Shown: positions 39,101 to 53,680 of the stretch, piece after piece
Numbering within the stretch: the first letter of the stretch is position 1
How the letters are laid out: each line of letters opens with the position of its first letter
From: Psilocybe cubensis
Lineage: Eukaryota
Assembly: GCA_017499595.2 (NCBI GenBank)
Contig: CM039006.1
Coordinates: forward strand, 186,001-250,000
Direction of reading: 5' to 3'
DNA length: 64,000 nt
Made by a program: the position numbers and the translations under genes
The notes under the pieces: generated by a model
Databases searched by the model: none
Seen by the model: the letters and a program-made list of their open reading frames with translations, nothing else
What the model was told of the DNA's origin: nothing

Positions 39101-42100
39101 GCATGCTCAAGTCGCCAGCTCTGTATGGTGTTGGCGCCGACTACCAAGAAGACGACGAAGGTCTCATTCAAAAGCGGGCGGATATCGCACACTCTGCTGC
39201 GGTTCTCCTCGAGAAGTGCCAACTCATCAAATACGAGCGCTCGACAGGCCGTTTCACCAGCACAGAGCTAGGCAGAATTGCATCGCATTATTATGTCACA
39301 TACAACTCGATGATGGTGTACAACCAGCATTTGAAGCCTACAATGTCGACTTTGGAACTCTTCCGCGTTTTCGCATTGTCGAATGAGTTCAAGTTGTTGC
39401 CTGTTCGTCTGCTTTATTATCGTTGTTGTTGGTTATGTTTGACGAGAGATTTCATTGTTTATTATAGGTTCGTCAAGAGGAGAAACTTGAACTTGCCAAG
39501 TTGCTTGAGCGAGTTCCTATACCCGTGAAAGAGAGTGTCGAGGAGCCTGCTGCTAAGATCAATGTGCTACTTCAGGCGTACATCTCCCAGCTGAAGTTGG
39601 ACGGTATGTATCTTTGTTGACCTTATATACTGTGACAAGATGCTGATGCTTGACATCAGGCTTTGTTCTGGTGGCCGACATGGTATTCGTTCAGCAATCC
39701 GCCGGCCGTATTTTGCGTGCAATGTTCGAGATCTGCCTCAAACGCGGATGGGCTGTCCCAGCAAAAGCCGCCCTTGATATGTGCAAGATGGTAGAAAAGC
39801 GAATGTAAGCATTTATTTAGTTCGTCTTCTTCATACTGCACGGTTAACCGTATACGATAGGTGGGGTTCTATGACGCCTCTTCGACAGTTCAAGGGTGTG
39901 CCTTCGGAAGTCATTCGTAAAGCTGAAGGAAAACAATTCGTATGTTGCGTCGACTGCCTCAGTGCAATTTGTCATCTTGATTTTTCCCTTTGTAGCCTTG
40001 GTATCGTTACTTTGATCTCACACCGCCGGAAATTGGCGAGCTTATCGGTATCCCAAACGCGGGTCGACTTGTTCACCGTCTTGTCCATAACTTCCCCAAA
40101 CTTCAGTATGTTCTAGGCTCAGTGTAGCACTTTTCTAAGAGGCTGATTTTGTTGCAGGCTCCAAGCTCAAGTACAACCAATTACTCGTTCTCTCCTCCGC
40201 ATTGACCTGTCCATCGTTCCTGACTTCCGATGGGATGAGAAAATTCATGGATCGGCTGAAACATTCCTCATCCTCGTCGAAGATGTGGACGGAGAAGTGA
40301 TTCTTTTCCATGACAACTTCGTGCTTCGCCAGCGGTATGCTGAAGACGAGCACAACGTCTCCATCACAGTACCCATGTTTGAACCTGTTCCCCCTAACTA
40401 TTACATTTCCGTCATTTCCGACCGATGGCTTCACGCCGAAACACGCCTGCCCATCTCCTTCAAGCACCTGATTCTTCCCAAGAAATTCCCGAAACCAACC
40501 CCACTTCTTGACCTGCAGAGTCTTCCTTTGTCCGCGCTGCACAACAAGGAGTTTGAAGCGCTTTATGCCAATTCAATTCAAACCTTTAACAAAATCCAGA
40601 CGCAAGTCTTCCAAGCCCTGTATACCTCTGATGAGAATGTCTTTATTGGTGCACCTACCGGTAGCGGCAAGACGATATGCGCCGAGTTCGCCCTACTTCG
40701 GCTGTGGAGCAAAAAGGAACAAAGTCGAGCGGTTTGCATCGAACCGTATCAGGATATGGTGGAACTCAGGGTCAAGGAGTGGAAGGCGAAATTTCAGAAC
40801 CTCCAGGGCGGTAAGGAGATTGTCAGTCTCACTGGAGAGACAAGTGCAGATCTGCGGCTGCTGGAAATGGGCGACCTGATTATCTGTACGCCGACCCAGG
40901 TACGTCGATGCTTGATTTATTAATAAGCATCTGGATTCATAGTAACTTTTATTCTTATGCCAGTGGGATATGATTTCGCGTAGATGGAGACAGCGCAAGG
41001 CCGTCCAGAATCTCGGTCTTTTGATCGCTGATGAAATCCAGATGGTCGGAGGATACGATGGCCCAATTTACGAAGTTGTCATTTCGCGCACTCGTTATGT
41101 TGAGCGACAGACAGGGCACAAGACTCGCATTGTCGCATGTGGGGTTTCTCTTGCAAACGCGGAGGATTTGGGTAAATGGATGGGAGCGTCTGAACATACT
41201 ATCTTCAACTTCTCTCCTAGGTAGGTGATTCGATTTTTGCCTGGTAACAATTTTTCTGATTAATGTTGCGTGCAGCGCTCGCCCTCTCGACATGGCCATT
41301 CATATTCAATCTTTCACCATTAATCATTTCCCGTCCTTGATGATCGCCATGTCAAAACCTGCGTATCTCGCCATCAAAGAACACTCACCCTCCAAACCAG
41401 TCATCATCTTTGTTCCTTCAAGACGACAGTGCCAGTTAACTGTCGATGATATCCTGACGCACTGCTCTGCCGATGACCAACCCGATCTTTTCCTGAACAT
41501 CGAGCTCGAAGACCTGCAGCCACATCTTGACCATATCACCGATAAGGGCCTTGTGGAGACCCTGAAACACGGTATTGGTTACTATCACGAAGCCCTCGAC
41601 AAGCAGGACAAACGCATCGTACAACGCCTTTTCGAGTCGGGTGCAATCCAAGTTCTTGTGGCCTCAAAGGTCGGTAATTTTTTCTGGATTATTATTGAAA
41701 TTTTCTAATGATGTTTTAGGATACCGCCTGGAGTTTACCTGTTGCCAGCTACATGGTCATCATCATGGGTGTTCAGTCCTACGAGGGCAAAGAGCATCGT
41801 TATATCGACTATCCCGTCATGGACGTCCTCCAAATGATGGGTAAAGCATGCCGGCCACTGCAAGACGAGAATAGCAGATGTGTACTCATGTGCCAACAGA
41901 CTCGCAAGGAGTTCTTTAAGAAGTTCTTGTCAGAGGGTTTGCCTATCGAGTCGCATTTGCCAACAGGATATCTTCACGATTATTTCCTCGCTGAGATTGC
42001 AGTCAAGACCATCGAGAACAAACAGGATGCCATGGTACGTTGATAAGTCTCCGTCATGTGACCTTATAAACACATTGTAATGTTTTTATTATAGGACGTT

Positions 42101-43494
42101 CTTACTTGGACATATTTCTACAAGCGAATGCTTGAAAATCCCAACTACTATAATCTTCACAACACAAGTCATCAACACGTCTCGGACCATCTATCTGAGT
42201 TGGTGGAAACAACGCTGAATGACCTCGTCAATTCGAAATGTATTGCCATTGGTATGAGTTTCTGATCTCACTCCGCATCGACCTATATCTGACTTTTTCT
42301 CAGAGGACGAAATGGATGTGTCTGCTCTCAATCTGGGCATGATCGCAGCCTATTACAACATTTCATGTTAGTTCTCTTTTTTTATTCGGTCATCTGGTAC
42401 ATTTTGCTTATCTTCTATATAGACGTGACTGTCGAGGTCTACACGCTGTCGTTGAAAGAGAGAACAAAACTCAAGGGTCTGCTCGAAGTTGTTTCATCTT
42501 CAGCAGAATTCGAGACCATTCCCATCCGCCGTCACGAAGAATCTCTGTTACGTCGTATTTATGACCGCGTGCCTGTCAAGTTGGATCAAGTCGACTTTGA
42601 GGCACCTCACTTCAAGACCTTCTTGCTTCTCCAGGCTCACTTCTCCCGACTACAACTCCCTCCAGATCTTGCGGCAGATCAGGTCCTTGTTCTTGAGAAA
42701 GTTCTCAACCTCTTATCAGCGTGTGTTGATGTCATGTCCTCGAACGCATGGCTGAATGCGCTTGGTGCCATGGATCTTTCGCAAATGTGTGTTCAAGCGA
42801 TGTGGGAAACAGATTCCCCATTGAAACAGATTCCTCACTTCGAGCCAGAGGTACTTTCTGACTCATTTTTTCTTATGTTCTATTGTCTTACAAATTCCCC
42901 CAGGTTATCAAACGCTGTAAGGAAGCTGGCATCGAATCTGTCTACGATGTTATGGAGATGGAAGATGAAGACCGAACTAAACTGCTGCAGATGACCCCGG
43001 TACAGATGTAAGTTGAGATGATAAAGTAACTTTGAAAAGATGACTGACACTCTTTTAGGCGGGATGTTGCTACATTTGTGAACTCGTACCCGACACTAGA
43101 CGTCTCTCAAGAGCTGGTGAAAGGGGAGTATACTGCCGGTTCCTCCATCTTCCTCAAGGTTACATTGGCACGTGACGTCGATGAAGACGATGATCAGACT
43201 GATCAAAGTGTCGTGGCCCCCTTCTATCCTTCAAAGAAGTTGGCCAACTGGTGGCTTGTAGTTGGTGACTCCGCCAGTCGTCAGCTGTTGGTTATCAAGC
43301 GTGTTACTGTCACGAAGAGCCTGGCTGTCAAATTGGAGTTTTCTCTTCCTAAAGGAACGCACAAATTGAAGCTTTACGTCATCTGCGATTCATATGTTGG
43401 AGCCGATCATGACATTGCTCTTGATCCTATTGAAGTAGCGGAAGGAGAAGATTCCGACAGTGACGAGGATATGGATAGTGATGAGGACGAGTAA
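36146..43494 (+). CDS. BRR2: U5 snRNP 200-kDa helicase Brr2
   Basis: N-terminal plug/PWI region, two Ski2-like cassettes ([24 protein letters not shown]), [12 protein letters not shown] and two Sec63 units. Confidence 0.98.
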
Positions 43495-43770
43495 ACGACA
43501 ATTTTCTTGCTTGATTTTTCTTTGATGTTTTTACCTTTCTCTCCTGTATTCATACTAACTCTGTAATATTTCGGTACCATCATTCATACTTTTTGTCAAC
43601 CATATCAACTGTTCGAATACACTTTGGATCATACATCGTGTCAGCGTTTCAATAATAAGGTACGGCAGTGTAAATCGTTGCAACTTGATACATTCAAATG
43701 TGACAAAAATCGTGTTTCAATAATAGGTAACCCGAGGTGAATAAATGTTATCAAAAAAATAATTAAAACG

Positions 43771-46529
43771 TCAAGTCTCAACACACGCTGGGGGAACTGT
43801 GGTGTCATCTGTGTGGTTGGCAGCACCTGTACCGAGACCACGACTGGCAAATGCCTTCCAAATAAAGCAGGCATTTGCACCCCCAAAACGATTTACATCG
43901 GCTTGGATCCAAGCATCACGAGCGCTTAGGACTACAGGAGGTGTATGTGAGACAAGGGCTCGCCTAGCAAAGGTTACAATGTTCTAACTTACAGGTAGGG
44001 TTGCAAGGCTGGAGAGCTAATGCGTCCAGGAATAAGTGAAGGAAGACAATATTGCCTTCCCTGCCATCCGGGTTGGTGCGAGCCTGGGACGACCATCCGT
44101 GTACACCGACGAGATTGGCATAGACATTGTACAGCATGTTGGCCCATACCTCGCCAATGGCTGATGAAACGCGGCGTTAGCCATATTTATTTAAAGCAAA
44201 AAACGTCTTTATCTCACAGTGAACCTCCGTACGGGTCTTTAGGTCTGAGTAGCGAAGTGGGTTGATGACACTTTCGACATGTGAGCAAAATGAATGCTGC
44301 TGGAATATGACAATAACCTACGCATTTGTTGAGTAAGGATGGGTTCGTATACCAGCCGTGTTGTTGGTAACGTATTGACCCAGAACAAAGTCGTCAACAG
44401 CGCTCGAGGTCTTTTCATTCCAGCTTAAAAGATTTCCATCAATGCTCCATTGAAAGTGAGAAGAAGGTTCAAACGAACTTCGCCATGGCATCTGACCAAC
44501 CTACAAAAGTTCACAAGGTGAGTCATCTATCTACGAATAAAGGAACATTTCCTCACCTTCACCCATTCCTCCAGCTTCAGTGGTCTGCAGACAACGGCCC
44601 GTTCCTCCTCCTGTCATGCGGTTCGTAACTCCGTGGGTGTTCTCGTGAGTGACAATATCATTCTCAAGGGCACCATCACGCATAGGCTAACATGGGAGAT
44701 TTAATACACTGCGACATATGGAAGGCAAACTCGGAATATACTTACATTGGTCAGGGTCCACAAGAACATTCCTACAAGATATTTTAGTGGAAGTTACACG
44801 TTCAGTGCCTCGGACGTACTCATCCGTCCCGATTGACCGCTGATAGACGTTAGGGACACTATTTATGTCAAGAAGCACAGGGGCACTCACTCTGGCGGAG
44901 TTGAGAAATCGGCATTGTTGGTCCCAGCTGCATCTTGGACTGAAATGGTAACCTGATCATTCCCCAGCCCACCTTTACCGAAGTTGTTATTCTGGAAGTT
45001 GAAGGCTGCCTATGGTGAATTGTGTTTAGCAGAGTTACATCATGCACTTGAATACTTTCTTACCTCTGTAAATCCATATCTACGATAACAAGATGTTCAA
45101 TAACGTCCGTGGGGTAATATAATTATGAAGTTTTTCTTACCTGTAGGTCAGATCGTGCATGGTGTTGACAATATAGAATGCATTAACTCTTGCCGCGTCG
45201 AGGTTATTCGGAGTGGTTGGGGCACTATTGGGATCCTGTGTAAAGAAAAATTGTCCAGGAGCTGATTGGCTGGTGGTTGCGTTCTGGTTAGCTTTGAAAG
45301 CAATAGCATTGTTTCCTCTAACATGTCTTCATTACATCTCATTTTTTTACAATTATAATTTGGCACTTACGATGTAACTCTGTATATGGTATTTTGGCAG
45401 TTAGCCCCGATAGTCAAAAATGCAACATGAACTGGAGTCTCACGTAGTGTTGACCGTCCCGTTACTGTGCCATCCGAGTGGAGAGGCCAAAAGATCTTGC
45501 GGATCAGTTAAAGTTTGGAATCCCTGTGTAAGAATTTCCTCTTGCATAGGTACCACAAGGTACTGTACAGTGGTCGTCGAAAAAATAGAGTGAGAAACTG
45601 TTTAAACATAGGGTAAAGAAAGAACTCACGGCAGCCTTCGTGACAAAGTCTGTCACCGAGACAAGATCACCTGAATGGGCATCTACGAAAGCTTCAAACC
45701 ATGCACCAGTAGCGTCATTTTCAATTTGAATGACATGCGTCAACACTGCCGTATTATCCGGTTTGGCGAAAAACTCGAGGGTCGCAGGATGCTCATTAAA
45801 CTTCCCGTTCAATGCATTTTCAGCAATTGTGATAGCATCGCTGAGCGAGATAGTGGGAGTCGAAGATGCGATAGACTCTGTGATGTAACTATGAGTGAAT
45901 TGTCATGTATACTGATTTCAGATGCGTACTGGGATTAACAAGCGATGAACCAAACGACACAACCTGGGAGAAAAATATTAAATCAGTCAAGTCTTGTGAC
46001 AACTTATGGGAGCTACCTTATCATCCTTATTGAACGCTACATTTGCTACCGCATTGGCAAATGGGATACCGTCCTGGGAGTAAACGGAATTTGTGAGGAT
46101 ATATGGCATTCTGAGAAGGAAAGAATTGTACATGGGTTTGGGTGAGGAACGCATGTTGCGCAACATCTCCTGAGAAGCCAGTGCGGAAAGATACCGAGCC
46201 TGCGCCTTTAGAGAGTTTGGAGCCTGCAAAGGCGACTGAAGCATCTTTCAGTGAAAATGGCCCCCCGCGCTTGGATAATGGGTGATCGATTCCTGCTGCA
46301 AATGTCTTCGTACATATGAATTCAGTGACAATGTATATTCGTCAAAATCATGACGCTTTACCTCAAAGGTACTAGGCGGGTGAAAAGCCTCGATGGTAAG
46401 TCCTGGACCTATGTCAATTGAGCGGCGTGTTGCATGCCTCTCATGAGAGGCCAAGGGTGTAGAGAAACCATAAGAAGCACATGCGATTGCTAGGAGAGCT
46501 GAAGTCAATAACTTGCGAAAGATGGCCAT
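43771..46529 (-). CDS. Fungalysin (M36 metallopeptidase), copy 3, intron-rich
   Basis: Signal peptide, [43 protein letters not shown] and GEVWANML. More introns than copies 1 and 2, including micro-exons. Confidence 0.9.
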
Positions 46530-47643
46530 ACTGTACTTGTCTTTGCAGGTACATGAATATAACGCTCATACCTCCAATTTATACTCCTCGCAGCTTATCT
46601 TGCGAGGAACTGACCATGCGAGGCCACATAAAGTTTTGGCGTTTCAGAACCGATGGTCAGAAAAACATCCATTGAAAACGACCCCGTGTTCACTCTTCGA
46701 ATATTGACTAACGTACGTCCTCCTGAGTGAAAAGTAGGCCATAGTTCGAGTCGAAGTCGTCGTGTGAGGAAAAAGAATCTATATATATTCCGATAAGTAA
46801 ATATGGCCAGAGATACATGAGGTATGCGTTCCACGGCTTCAGAAGAATATCAGCAATAAGTAAGCCTTGGGAATACGGCATAAAAGAAGTCGTTGATAAG
46901 CCGATATCTGGAGAGCAGCATCGGAGAAGTCGCGATGCCCTGTCAATTCATGGGCGTCTGCCACAACAGACCAATTAATTATCAGGCAACATGTTAAAGT
47001 GTTCAGAAGAAGGAGGTGTAGAAAAGGTTTCCGTGTATATATTTGTCGAAATTGGCACTGTCCGTTCAATGGGTAAAAATCCGGTGCAAATAAGGTATCA
47101 ATTGGTGGTCGAAGGTCGGAAGAGGGGAGGAAAAGATTACATAAAAAATAGGAGTATTTAGGGCAGGTTGATTCTTTCGAAAAACTCATTGCATACTGCG
47201 AAGTTCATTCTGACCCTTCCACTGTCTTTCAACGAATATGGCAGGCTATTTGACTGAATATTGCTTTCTAATTAGAAATGTACTCAGTCCAGGATCATTC
47301 CCAAGCCAAATAGGGGCACCAGGTAAGCTAAAAAAGTTACACAACAACTGTTGAAAATGTTGTTAGACATTTGGACAGATAACCTTATTGTCCGACAAAT
47401 AACTCAGTAAAGAAAGGCAGTCGCGTTTCGTTGACTTAACTGACTCTCAATGGACCGGCTTTGGCCAGTCAAAGGTTTCCATATCGACTACCACTAACAT
47501 TGGTGACTCATTGTATGGATGTGTGGCCTGTAGCCCAATCACGAGTTTGGCGAGTGGCACAAGCAATCCATTGTTGGCCCTTGTATAAAATATAGGTCTT
47601 CTGTGCTTGAACTACATTAACTTCTCAACCTTTTTCATCCACC

Positions 47644-48513
47644 ATGCACGCCACTTCTTCACAAATCATGCAATACCCTATGTGCAGCGGTAACGAGCTA
47701 AGACGAATCTCATCCGATTATGTTGAAAGACTTGCGGCACGGAGCGAGATCCTCAACGACGTGGTAGACCAGTTTCTCACCACCGCGCTCACCCAACGCG
47801 AATACACGCGTTCTGTGGCATATACTATTGTACTCATGCTTAACAGTTTCCACAAACAAAATCCCAATAAAAATCTTGGGAAAGCATTGTGGCAAAAATT
47901 CTGTGGTGATGTAGTCTCATACTTTGAGAACTACGACTGGAAGGTGTGTCATTCTTAACAAGAAATTACTATTGGACCACCACTTACTGAACCGAATACA
48001 CTTAGAATGCAAATGAGGGAAATGGAAACGATCCTGAAACAGGCCTCGTTTCGATCGATGCTCTGGCTCTCTGTGCTCTTGTCGGCGACTTGACTTCACT
48101 CAAATTGATTTCGTACCACAGATTCAAAAATATGACGAGGCTTCTGGTCAGACAAGTGGAAACCTGTCTGCACGTAGAGTGTATACACACCCTTTTTTCT
48201 CATGCCGCAGCACGCGCCACACCCGAAATTCACCCCGTCTTTCTGTTCGAATGCATACGTACAGTCAAAAAGCGTATCAGTCATGCTACTGGACCTATTC
48301 ATAGATTTGTGAGTATCTTTTTTGCTAAGTACAGCTCGACAGTTGATTAATTTTGTTTTTCGGCGGCAGCCCGAAGAAGTAATAAACTTTGAAACCTTTG
48401 TGCGCCATCATCTTATCAAGCGTCAAGCCGCCGAGTTTCCTTCCTTTCATGACAAGCGCTTGAATCTGGAAGATGCTCTCATGGCCTCTGTATGTTTTGG
48501 CCCACTGAGCTAG
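47644..48513 (+). CDS. Hypothetical helical protein (possibly MIF4G/HEAT-like), 3 exons
   Basis: Three ORFs join in frame across GT-AG introns, with a TATA-like element at ~47585. The family assignment is weak (ALCALVGDL..., IHTLFSHA). Confidence 0.6.
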
Positions 48514-48735
48514 CTCTCTTTTATCTTTTCTTTTTTCTCTATCACCACAGTGTGCAAATCTGTCCGTTTGGCGTTGCTTCGGGCTTGTGAACGAAGTTCA
48601 ACAGTACCATGAATAATTTATTAATATGCTAATCAAAAAATATAATCACTACTACTTTTTCCTTCAATAAACTTGTCATCTCCCGAACAATTCAGCTCCA
48701 GGTTGTATACCTTTTCAATCAAAAAGGTGATGATT

Positions 48736-48823
48736 AGCCCACCGCGAGGGTCGAACTCGCAGCCTTCAGATGCCCACTGACTATATAAGAGTCTGACGCT
48801 CTATCCGATTGAGCTAGGCGGGC
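48736..48823 (-). tRNA. tRNA-Lys(CTT) with 14-nt intron
   Basis: GCCCGCC/GGTGGGC acceptor stem, TAGCTCAATCGG A-box, TCAGA-CT-CTT-A [intron TATAGTCAGTGGGC] A-TCTGA anticodon arm, GTTCGACC B-box and a downstream T-run terminator. Confidence 0.95.
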
Positions 48824-49485
48824 GGTGATTGAATGATCGCACAATTTACTCTCCGCAGCGTTGCCAGTCACTGCGGGCATTGGCTTCAATAATCACATGA
48901 GTAAATGTTGAAATGTACTTCGATATTTTCAATAATTATTCAATATGTATCACGGCTCGTTAAAGGTTTAAAATATTCAACATTTACTTAGTTTTTTTTT
49001 AAAATGTAATCAGCATCCAAAACAAGCAATTCTGATCCTGATTAATGCTTGAATACATGTTGAAAGACTAGTAAAGTTGCTTATTTATATTGTTTCATGT
49101 TTTCAGCTGACAACTACGTAATATAGTAAGTATGTACCATGGCGTTTACACAGCTTTTTCTTAGTATTTTATTTTGTTTGATGATAGAGGCCAAAACCTA
49201 GCGATATATTGTCGTAGCTCATGATCATCGATGTGATCAACTCGCCACTAGTTTTAATTCTGGGCGCATGGGTTGGCCCGTCAGTGTCAGAGGCCCACTA
49301 ACAATATTGTACTAGGACTTGATATGTATGTATATATACCCAATAATCCATAGATTTACACGTTCAGAATATTATAAACATAAGCCGCGACTGGTCATAA
49401 GGTGTTATCATGATCATGATATTCAGATTTGCGAGATCTATGTTCGTGTAATAATATATATAGATATATAAGGCTACTCTGGTTC

Positions 49486-52400
49486 TTATACATATTCGAT
49501 TTCCTCTTCGACATCTAACGAGTCTTCTGTATCCTGGAATTCACTACCTGACGGAATTGAAAACTCCAACATTAACTGCGCGTGTCAATCCACATAATCA
49601 TAATCAGTCACCCGCTCGTAATATATATATAAGTCACAACTTACACGATCAACAGGTAGCATATGAAGAAGGCCGTCATATTCACCTCCAATTACTTTTG
49701 TAGAGGCGCAATGAGAAATAACTCTCGAAAGAGGGATCACCAGCATCTGGTATCGATTAGGATAACAAAGGAATCCCGCAAATTCGCCGTAACGTCTGTA
49801 TGGATCTGTTTGAATGTCGAAAGGTGCGAGTGATTTCAACCTCAGAAATACTTCGTATGTGGTATGCCCGTCTTCTCTTGTATAATGATATTGGAAAATG
49901 TCTTCGATAATTGCTGGTCGTATTTCGTCAAGGTCATCCGCTGACAAGACTCGATGCTTGTATACAATCCTACTGTTTCGAATAGAGGCACTAGATGGTG
50001 CAGTTGATGTACCATAGCAAACTCCGCGCAGCGAAACTTCTGTCATGAAATCGGCTTGCTGTGGCATAGTATCAATTTCCATGCTTCGATCGAGTAAATC
50101 GCAAACTTGTTGATGAACTCCACTCTCAAGCCTGAGCCGCAAGGTCTCGGACCGAGGAGCAAACGATGGGGAGTTGGGATCCAATACACTAGCAAGGCGG
50201 AAACCTCGAGCGTCCTCCAGATCTATGCGATCCATTACCTGTACGAGTCTGAGGACACTGTCGCGAATATCGTCGTTATCCGAAAGCAATGCGCGAAGGT
50301 TTGCGCTTCGTGTCGCAACATGAAATAGTGTGGACTCGAGCTGACCTGATGATTATCGTGAAGTATATCTTTAATGTTACGTTCTGTACAGCAAGGATAT
50401 TCAGGAGAACCATACCTATTTTTGAATTTGTATTGATTCTATGAAAGAAATTGATATAACGTTCATAGTGAGGGCCACTATGGGAATGGTTCGGTCCAAA
50501 TAGCCTAAGCATATCAGCAATATGAAGAGCGGCATGGTGGGTGGGCTTCAACTGCTGGTCGGGGTAAAGTACTCGGAGATTTGATATATAACGATCCATG
50601 AAGGTGTCATACCGCGCTATCTGACTAGCTGTGGTGACACGCATGTTTGCTATACGTATTGCACTGACTAGATCCATAAAGTGCCTGAGCATTGCTTGTT
50701 TGCGGTTGGAGCCTGATCCCCAGAGCGTTATAAGAGTAAAAGGAAGATGAATTGTACAAATGACCCTCCAGTTGTCGGCACTCAACTTTCCTCTCTGAGT
50801 TGTACCCCAATTTGATGGCGCAGGAGTAATCCATGTAGGAAGTTGGGTAGATTTCATGTCTTTCCAGACACATTCCATTACGTCCTTACCCAAAACTGGC
50901 CGACGACGTAATACTCCAGAATCATTTGTGAGATTTTCCAGATATAAAAATTTCTTGGTATCATCATTGATCTTGAAGGCAATGTTATCAGTACCGGATA
51001 TATTACTGTTTTTCAGAATATTTGTGCTGACCTCTTCTATAATCAAATTAAACAATGCGTTCTTTGCACTCCGCCTCCTTTCATCGACATCATGTTCTAT
51101 CTCCAAAATGCTACACACGTAGGCAAAGATAGCAGCAGAACCTTGCTCGTAGGCTCTCCGACGAGAGACAGCTGGATTGTCGGTATCCACTATATGTCGG
51201 ATTACTCGTGTGACAAGTGTCATATTCAAATTCTCGTTGGGAGGGAGCTCTGGATGTCGATCAACTTGCTCATGATCAAGCTCGTGCCCTGCTGGGTTGC
51301 TTTCAGGCTCATCGACTTCTGATTCATCGCTGTTTACCGATGGGTCTTCAATCACTTCCACATCTTCATTGTCAGGTATCATGGCTCTCTGTAATTATAA
51401 TGTTGGTAAACAGATTTTTTGCAAAGGCCAAGAAAAGGCGGTATAACAAAACACCTACCCAGGCGACTATATTATTTGCAAGGATCCAACGTGTACCGAT
51501 TACGAGTGTGTGATTTTGTCCCAATATATGGTTGTCAAGGCAGATTTTGAACAGAATACGCCTTGAAAACAACATTAGTTCTTCCAGCAAGTCTTCTCCA
51601 CCCTGATTGATTAATTGGCAACACCTTCGATGTGAAGGACGATCTCTTTGTTGGATGGTGCCGTCTCTCCGGGTGCTTGGAGCTAATACTGCATCAGTTA
51701 TCCCATCCCCCCCATCTTGTTCAATATCTATCTGAAAGATTGACCGACAGTGGTTCTGGAGAAGATTAAGGTCGAGTGCGTGCATGGGATCAATAACAGT
51801 GTAAAGAACTGGATTCCAGTATGGGAGGCGGTAAAGTGGAGACCATCGTAGTCCATACCTTTGGAATATTTGCTGACGTCTGGCTTCGCTTTCAGCATCT
51901 TTCCATAACTGGCCAATGGCTCGCATGTGCTGGTCATCCTTTGGGGGCCATTCCCTCCTATCCAGGACATCAATATCGTCGACGTCAATACTGCAGAACG
52001 AACAGAAATAGTGCGAACTTGAGCCTCCCAGGCCAGCAACTTGACGCGCAGCCAACATATCGCAAACCAACGGAACAAGGATCGCCCAGAAAATACGACC
52101 CAGAAACTCCTGATACGTCCGTAAAAACCTGACACCCTCGTAGTAAAACACCTCTAATTCGTCTATCACTAGGTCCAGATATGGGTATAAGTCTTCCTTT
52201 GAAGGTTTGTTTGGTCCGGGAATAACGCCAGCCAAATACATGTTTTCTTGAAGGTATCGGAGATGTTGGGGTAAATTAAGTACAACTAACCATATTCCCG
52301 TAGATGAGACGCTTTGCTTTGCTGTTTTATTATGGAATGGGTTGAAACTGTCCACTGATAAACTGAATATAAGCCGACCTTTGTTTTCCGGCCCAGGGAT

Positions 52401-53680
52401 AAAAGGGTTTCCTTGTGAGTCCTTGAGGTTCCGAAACACCGAAGAACGCCAAATATCATCGACAGGGAACGAGCCTGCAAAATCGTCATGCAGAGGGTGA
52501 TCGAGGTGCTCTTCTATATCCTTTCGTGATAGCAGGCGCCCAACCCAGGATTTCAAATCTTGATGGATGTATTTTCTTCTAGGCCATGCTTTGGTGGTCC
52601 CATTCGGCTGCGTTGTCAGTGTCCACAGAGGAGTACTGCAAGCAGTGCTGGTAGGGGTGCGCTTGTTGGTACAATCAAGTATAAAAGGATCAACATCTTT
52701 GAGCGGACTGTCTCCCTTGCGATAAGGGTAAAGGCTGTGGCACGAAGGACATGCCACATACGTTCGTGTGATGGGGTTCAAGCGGAAATGTCCCGACAAC
52801 GGGCGAGGATCTTTTGGCATTGATTCATGTATTGAAGATGAAGATGTAGAGACTCTTGAAGACTATAATATACTTTGGATTCCGCCCAGTAAGCTTCGTA
52901 ATGCGCGACGTGGCGAAAAATAGATGTTCTGCATCACCAGAGTTAGGATGCTTGCCGCCTTTTTTTCTTTTCCTCTAATTGGAAATGGCTGAAAATATGC
53001 ATCTACAGAGGAGACACAGATTAAGGTCAAATTGATCAACGATATGGTACATGCACATTACTTGTATTTATGACAGGGCGTCCTGTCCCTTCACTTCTTT
53101 GGCTGGTCCATTCTGCTTCTTTGAGGAGCGTAAGGTTTCTCAATTCGACCCAAAGCCGGTGAAGGTGTTCAGCGACGTCCAGATTGTCACTATCTAGCAC
53201 CATTGCGGAGGAAATAAGGCGAACAAGTTCGCGTTCAGCGTGAAGATATGCCCGGTTGACATGTTCATCAGCCAAAGCGTAAAGACCTTGATTGACCAGC
53301 ATCAAGTCGTTGTCAGATGGGAAAACAAAGGCACCATTTGTCCTAGGGTCGTGTTTAAATCGCAATAATTGATCAATGCGTATGACTGGAGAAGACAGCA
53401 GGTTTTCGAGCTCCAGCGAAGACCTCATAATCAAGCTGCTGACGTCCAGATGTTGTGAAGAGTCATTAAGCATGGGAAGCAAATTCGCAGAGGATGTTGA
53501 TTCGGGATGGCTTCTGTCGCTCCTGGTATGCCGGTCCCTCTGCGATCGGGAAATTCGATTTCCTTCACCTTCATAGAGGCCCGTTGCGGGATTTAAAACG
53601 GTACAATATGTCTTGCACTTGCACAACACTGTTCTTCCTCTTGGTTGTCTGTGAGGATTGCTTGCAACAGGGCGATCCAT
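49486..53680 (-). pseudogene. Tnp2/Transposase_21-like CACTA transposase, 6 exons, one in-frame stop
   Basis: CPSC zinc motif, LSVDSFNPF, NLPQHLRY..ENMYLAGVIPGP, CDMLAARQVAG, FCSFC, IDPMH, GKLSADNWR, KPTHHAALH and FGP..HSGPHYER. All junctions splice in frame, but exon 2 has a TAG at 52865-52863. Confidence 0.85.

Noticed and set aside
40970-41224. DEIQ instead of DEIH in the second Brr2 helicase cassette
   Set aside because: The C-terminal cassette of Brr2 is known to be catalytically degenerate; this is normal.
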